NCBI GenBank assembly: GCA_965249755.1
Contig: CBDFMT010000004.1
Span: forward strand, 3,371,312-3,435,311
Source: Ferruginibacter sp.
GTDB lineage: Bacteria; Bacteroidota; Bacteroidia; Chitinophagales; Chitinophagaceae
Direction of reading: 5' to 3'
DNA length: 64,000 bases
Shown here: in pieces, positions 58,860 through 64,000 of the stretch
Position numbering within the stretch: the first letter of the stretch is position 1
How the letters are laid out: the number at the start of each line of letters is the position of its first letter
Translations under genes and position numbers: made by a program
Notes under the pieces: model-generated
Databases searched by the model: none
Seen by the model: only the letters and a program-made list of their open reading frames with translations
What the model was told of the DNA's origin: nothing

Positions 58860-60579
58860 CTACACCACCTTTTTAGCCCCTTTCATCTTTACAAACATTT
58901 TTTTTCTTTTCATCACATACTTGGTTGCGTCAAAATAATTAATGTGCCAGGTAGAGGTTTCATCCAGGGGTTTTAAAAAGCCAGGGGTGCTTTCTCTTTG
59001 GGTGGTTACCTTGCTTAAATACCTGGGCCAAAAATGGACGAACAACCTGTCAAATTCTGTTAGGTAAATATCGGCCACCCTGCAATCGCCTTTTATTACG
59101 AGAGAATTTTCATCATTATTTTGAATGGAGTTGGCGCTAAAGTTTGCTGAGCCGGTAACAATCACAGGCTTGTCAGACAGTGGATCTACCAGAAAAAATT
59201 TGTTATGTACATACAGTATGCCTGCACCGGTAATGGCCTTGGTGGTAATTTCTTTTGCCCAGTTCTTTTCGTCGCCGTCGTACACCGCACCAGCAGTTAC
59301 TTTCAGGTCGGTATCATTGCTTTGTACACCTTTGGCATCGCTTAAAGATTCAAATATCAGCAGCCTTAAATAATCTTTATCTTTTTTAAAAACAGTATCA
59401 AAAATAGCATCCATGTTAAATGGAAAAACCATGCAAACCAGTTCTTTTGCACTGTCGATAAGGTTGGCATAATGCTGCAGGTGTGCAGGGGTTTCATCCT
59501 TAACAACCGGATGGTCACGTGGGCTAAAAAAAACATAAGTGCCTTTTGATAAAGCAGCCAGGTCACCATCTGCCTGTATAGCGCTGCTCATCTTTAGCCT
59601 GCTCACTCATTAAGGGGTTATTGGTAAGCGCATTCCAGTAGGTTAAATATTTTTTGGCAATGGCATCATCCACTATCCAGTGGCCGGTATTGCATTGTCC
59701 AAAAATACCGGCAAGCGTAATATTGGTAGAGCCCGTCCAAACCTGCACAGGCTTGCCGTTAAAGGAAAGCACCATAAACTTATTATGTGGCTGGCTGGGC
59801 TTAGTACGCAGGGGCTTTATCAAATCATCGAGCCCTGCTTTTTTTATCATGGATTTGTTGTTTAGCCTGATGGTGCCATTTTTATATTCTTTGTCTTCAT
59901 ACTGGTCTGCCTTGCCGCTAACCACCAACTGCACATCCACACCACGCAGGGATGCAGCTTTTAATTCATCTAAAAATGCGGGATACTGAAACTCGTAAAA
60001 AGCCCCGTAAATACTATACTTTTTATCGGTTGCCTGCTGTACAAATTTTAGCAGGCCTTCGCTCCATAAATCCCTTCCTAAAAAGGCAAGCGCATGCTGC
60101 AATGCCACGCCCTGCAAATCGCTGATGGGTTTATTGCCATATTCTTTGTTGTGGGCATATGCCTGCGAACCGGTTACGCCATAATTAAAATATACAGAAT
60201 GCTGGCCCTGCTGCAATGTTTCGGTAGTTATTTCAATGCTGGTTTCAAATACAGGTACATGGTTAATGGCAGTACCAAACATGGCCTGCACAGTGTAGGT
60301 GTAGGTTTGGGCTGGGTCTGCTGTATAATCCTGCCAGTAAAAAGTTTGCACCAGCGATGTATTCTTAATGGCCGGGTTAGGGTTGTTTTGTAAAGAGGCG
60401 AAATGTTTAGTGCCGTTTAAAAACTTAATGGTGCCGGCTTTATCTTTTCGTTGTATGCTAAACCCTAAAAAGTTTTTTTTATCGAGTTTGGTTTTTGCAA
60501 TGTCAAAAGACAATAATACGGTTTGCGTGCCGGCAACAACATAAATTTTAAGGTCGCCGCTTTCTTTTTTGTAGCGCAT
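58860..60579 (-). pseudogene. Two-HKD phospholipase D family protein split by a +1 frameshift
   Basis: Start MRYKKESGDLKIYVVAGTQTV at 60579; HNKFMVLS...WTGSTN in the 5' part and HNKFFLVD...TGSANFS in the 3' part; extra base at GCT AAA G ATG (about 59593). Confidence 0.82.
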
Positions 60580-60868
60580 GTCAATGGCTTTAAGGGTTAA
60601 AAATAAATGCACCCAACAGCACACGCCAAACAAATAACAACTACCTTTTTTAATTGGATTTTGTGGGATATGGCCTTTCAACTTTTAATAAACAAGGGGA
60701 GCTGCAATACAATGATGCTGGGACAACCTGGGGCTAAAGTAATACTTAAAAAATAAGATGGCAACATTTTTAACAGGGATATTATATTGGTAACAGCGCA
60801 AACTGTTACCATTAAAATCAGGGTCTGTTTATAAAAGAAAAATAAATGTAAACACTCTGCGGTTATGG

Positions 60869-61165
60869 CTACGATGCAGTATCTGCAGGCTTTTCTTTCT
60901 TATTGAAAATATCAGAAAAAGTTTTCTCGGCATCGCCAAGGTGCTCTTTAAAAGCTTCGGCACCTTTTGTTTTTAACTCTTCAAAATAATCTTTCGCTTT
61001 CTCAAAAGCACCTTCTGCTTCATCTTTCATTTTATGGGCCTTGTCTTTTAAATCACCAGCAAGTTTTTCTTTTTCTTCCGGCGTCATACCCATATATTTT
61101 GATGCAGCAAGTGCGGCTGCAGCACCTAATAAAAAGGTAGCTATGTGTTTTGAATTTACGCTCAT
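60869..61165 (-). CDS. YtxH-like small protein
   Basis: FLLGAAAALAA anchor then an acidic/basic coiled coil (PEEKEKLAGDLKDKAHKMKDEA). Confidence 0.7.
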   Translation of the reverse strand: MSVNSKHIATFLLGAAAALAASKYMGMTPEEKEKLAGDLKDKAHKMKDEAEGAFEKAKDYFEELKTKGAEAFKEHLGDAEKTFSDIFNKKEKPADTAS

Positions 61166-61220
61166 GGTTAAAATTTTACTATTAATAATACAATTAAATT
61201 TGCCCTTTTTATAAGCAGGT

Positions 61221-62936
61221 ATGAATGTACAAAAAACAGGTGCGGTTATAATATTTTTAATTTTTTTTATTTCAGTCAGGGCGCAAATCTTTCCTGCAAA
61301 AAATTATCCTAAAGGTTATTTTCAATGGCCTGTTACAGCAAAACATGCACTGGCAGCCAACTTTGGTGAGTTAAGGCCAAACCATTACCATATGGGGCTG
61401 GATTGTAAAACAGACCAGCGGGAAAATGTGCCGGTAAATGCCGCCGCCGCCGGATACATTGCCAGGGTTAAAATTGAGCCTTATGGTTTTGGCCGGTGCA
61501 TTTACATTAACCATCCTAATGGCCTCACTACTTTGTATGCCCACCTCAATGATTTTTATCCGGCACTGGAAAAATACATTGCGGACCAACAATACAAACT
61601 CAAAAGCTGGCGGGTATTTTTGGATATTCCTGTTGGTTTGTTCCCCGTTACTAAAGGACAGTTTATTGCGTATAGCGGCAACACCGGCGGCTCACAGGGG
61701 CCACATACGCACTTTGAAATAAGGGATACCAAAACCGATAAAGTACTAAACCCTTTGTTGTTTGGTATGGGGCTGGCAGATAATATTGCACCGGATATTA
61801 TGCGGCTTGCAGTGTACGACAGGTGCATCAGCACCTATGAGCAAAGCCCCCGTTTGTACACGCTTAAAAAAGTAAACGGAGAGTATACCACAATACCTGC
61901 CCTCATTATCAGCAATACAGATAAGGTAAGTTTTGCCATTACGGCTTTTGACCGGTACACGGGTTCCACCAATCATAATGGGATTTTTCAGTCTGTTTTA
62001 TTTGATAACGAAAGCCCGGTAATTGGCTTTCAAATGGACAGCATCAGTTACGATGAAACAAGGTACCTGAACGCACATATCGATTACAAATTAAAAAGCA
62101 GCGGCGGCCCTTACGTGCAACATTTAAGCAGGTTGCCCGGCTATACAAAAGGTATTTATAAAGAGTTTACCGGTAATGGGGTAATCAACATAAGTGATGA
62201 CAGTACCCATCAAATTAAAATTGAAGTAAAGGATGCCAATGGCAATATTGCTGTACTAAAATTTGGCATTAAAAACGGCAATAACAAAACCAACCAACTG
62301 CCACAAGACAGCATGGCTTTGTATAAATCAAACGAATTTCATCCAGGGTTTTTAAACGTTTTTGAGAATGAACAAGTAAGTATCGTTTTGCCGGAAGCAG
62401 CATTGTATGATTCTATCCGTTTCAGGTTTAAGGAAGTAAATGCAGGCAGTGCGTTTCCGGTTTACCAGGTGCACAATATCAGTGTTCCTGTGCAGACAAT
62501 GTTTACCATAAAAATTAAAAATACCACAGCAGCCTACCCGGATAAGATGGTAATGCACCGGTTTGCAAATGCTAAAAATGATTATGTAAAAACCACGGTT
62601 GAAAATGGATGGTATAAAGCTAATTTCAGGGAGTTTGGCAATTTTCAATTACTGGAAGATACGCTTGCACCTGTTATAACACCCGTTGGTTTTAAGGATG
62701 GGATGAACACCCATAAACTAAACCGTTTAGCCTTTGTTGTAAAAGATAATACAGAAGAACTGGAGAATTTTAGCGCAACAATTGATGGAGAGTGGGTCTG
62801 TTTCAGCAATGATAAAGGCCGCACTTTTATGTATAAGTTTGATGAACATTGCGGCCCAGGCCAGCACGAATTAAAAATTAGCATAGCCGACTGTGCAGGT
62901 AATATTGCTGAAAAGGTTTATCATTTTAAAAGATGA
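61221..62936 (+). CDS. M23-family metallopeptidase
   Basis: FGELRPNHYHMGLD, YAHL, GNTGGSQGPHTHFE; signal peptide; TAAATTTG box at 61195-202. Confidence 0.9.
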   Translation: MNVQKTGAVIIFLIFFISVRAQIFPAKNYPKGYFQWPVTAKHALAANFGELRPNHYHMGLDCKTDQRENVPVNAAAAGYIARVKIEPYGFGRCIYINHPNGLTTLYAHLNDFYPALEKYIADQQYKLKSWRVFLDIPVGLFPVTKGQFIAYSGNTGGSQGPHTHFEIRDTKTDKVLNPLLFGMGLADNIAPDIMRLAVYDRCISTYEQSPRLYTLKKVNGEYTTIPALIISNTDKVSFAITAFDRYTGSTNHNGIFQSVLFDNESPVIGFQMDSISYDETRYLNAHIDYKLKSSGGPYVQHLSRLPGYTKGIYKEFTGNGVINISDDSTHQIKIEVKDANGNIAVLKFGIKNGNNKTNQLPQDSMALYKSNEFHPGFLNVFENEQVSIVLPEAALYDSIRFRFKEVNAGSAFPVYQVHNISVPVQTMFTIKIKNTTAAYPDKMVMHRFANAKNDYVKTTVENGWYKANFREFGNFQLLEDTLAPVITPVGFKDGMNTHKLNRLAFVVKDNTEELENFSATIDGEWVCFSNDKGRTFMYKFDEHCGPGQHELKISIADCAGNIAEKVYHFKR

Positions 62937-63013
62937 TAGACCGCATTAAAGAAATGGAAGTGCTGTTAATTGATGCCAAACTGCCTGCATAAAAAAAGTT
63001 TTAAATAATACCA

Positions 63014-63490
63014 ATGACAACATTAACCGAGGGAAAAAAAGCACCTGCTTTTAAAGGAACAGATCAAAATGGCAACGCTATTTCATTGTCTGATTTTAAA
63101 GGAAAAAAAGTGGCCCTTTATTTTTATCCGCAAGATGATACGCCCACCTGCACCGTGCAGGCATGCAACCTGAGGGATAATTATTCAACATTAATTAAAA
63201 ACGGTTTTGTTGTAATCGGCGTAAGCCCCGACCCGGTTAAGAAACACAAAAAATTTGAAACAAAATATAGTTTACCATTTCCGCTTGTGGCAGATGAAGA
63301 TCAAAAAATAGTAAAGCAATATGGCGTTTGGGGGCCAAAAAAATTTATGGGAAGGGATTATACCGGCCTGCACCGCACCACCTTCTTAATTGGTGAAGAT
63401 GGTAAAATAAAAAAGATTATTGATAAGCCGGTATCTAAAAACCATAGTGAAGAAATTTTAAAAACATGGGCAGCAATTGAAGCCGGTTAA
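63014..63490 (+). CDS. bcp: Thioredoxin-dependent thiol peroxidase (BCP/PrxQ)
   Basis: LYFYPQDDTPTCTVQACNLRD, FPLVAD, RTTFLI. Confidence 0.92.
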   Translation: MTTLTEGKKAPAFKGTDQNGNAISLSDFKGKKVALYFYPQDDTPTCTVQACNLRDNYSTLIKNGFVVIGVSPDPVKKHKKFETKYSLPFPLVADEDQKIVKQYGVWGPKKFMGRDYTGLHRTTFLIGEDGKIKKIIDKPVSKNHSEEILKTWAAIEAG

Positions 63491-63773
63491 CTTTTTAATA
63501 AAAGAAAACTCGTGGCTGGCAAAAATAGCTGCGTGGAAGTTAAGCAGCCATTCCGTGGCGATGGTGCTTGGCAAAACAATCCACCTGCACAATACCACCA
63601 AAGCGGATTTTTTAAAAGATGAAAGATGGGTAAAGCATGAGCTTTGCCACGTAAAGCAGTTTAGGCAAAATGGGTATCTTTTGTTCCTGGTAAAATATCT
63701 GGCAGAAAGTATTAAAAAGGGATATTATAATAACCGGTTTGAAGTAGAAGCCCGGGCTGCCGAAACTTTATAA
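63477..63773 (+). CDS. Small stand-alone HExxH (DUF4157-like) protein
   Basis: AMVLGKTIHL...HELCHVKQF...Y..NRFEVEAR; overlaps the bcp stop. Confidence 0.65.
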   Translation: MKPVNFLIKENSWLAKIAAWKLSSHSVAMVLGKTIHLHNTTKADFLKDERWVKHELCHVKQFRQNGYLLFLVKYLAESIKKGYYNNRFEVEARAAETL

Positions 63774-64000
63774 CACCCATTCTATTTCCCCAAAATCAAA
63801 CCGGTGCTCTGTTGTATCCATGGTTACCAATTGCCCGGCTTCGTTAACCTTTACAATTTTGGTGTCAAATACAACCGCCCCTTTCTTTAATTTAATGTTT
63901 TTGCCGGCGCCGTAAAGCAAACAGTTGTACTCTTCTAAAAAGCCTTTGTATTGTTTTTGTTCAAGGGCAGTAAACCGCTCCAGCACGTGCACATGCAGTT
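63768..64000 (-). CDS. birA: Biotin--[acetyl-CoA-carboxylase] ligase, C-terminal part (5' end outside window)
   Basis: FLEEYNCLLYG...IVKVNEAGQLV...FDFGEIEW matches the BirA C-terminal SH3-like domain. Confidence 0.75.
   Translation of the reverse strand, partial: LHVHVLERFTALEQKQYKGFLEEYNCLLYGAGKNIKLKKGAVVFDTKIVKVNEAGQLVTMDTTEHRFDFGEIEWVL

Noticed and set aside
59563-60681. Two separate PLD genes as listed in the ORF track
   Set aside because: Each has one HKD-type motif and they join with a single-base correction, so they are treated as one split gene.
63477-63773. Small DUF4157-like protein as a fourth eCIS cargo
   Set aside because: It is 45 kb from the locus, coupled to bcp in core context, and lacks the FF/QAKL N-terminus and any toxin tip.

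Overview
AT-rich Bacteroidota DNA, probably Chitinophagaceae-like, judged from gene content and TAnnTTTG promoter boxes. (1) 1-18.5 kb is part of an extracellular contractile injection system (eCIS) locus that runs off the left edge. It has two tube genes, a sheath, an Afp15-type AAA+ ATPase, a DUF4255/Afp16 cap, a putative cap adaptor and three DUF4157 cargo genes, two of them about 1500 aa with different C-terminal nuclease tips. An oppositely oriented amidase + lipoprotein pair sits inside it. (2) 18.6-27.7 kb is a co-oriented FhaA-like / PP2C / RodA-PbpA fusion / FHA / Ser-Thr kinase operon that mirrors the actinobacterial pknAB cell-wall signalling operon. (3) 28-36.7 kb is a complete L-rhamnose catabolic operon. 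(4) 36.8-43.9 kb is a decaying toxin island at the 3' end of tRNA-Arg(CCT). It holds two Rhs toxin/immunity modules, an IS66 stub, a RAYT transposase pseudogene, a RelE-type TA pair and an XRE gene, with REP-like hairpins (TGGCGCA...TGTGC) at the cassette borders. (5) 44-64 kb is mostly core genes (TPR protein, C1 peptidase, SRPBCC, UvrD-nuclease, carB, M23 peptidase, bcp, birA), plus a duplicated lipoprotein + T9SS metalloprotease module and a frameshifted PLD. All family assignments come from motif recognition by eye; no searches were run.
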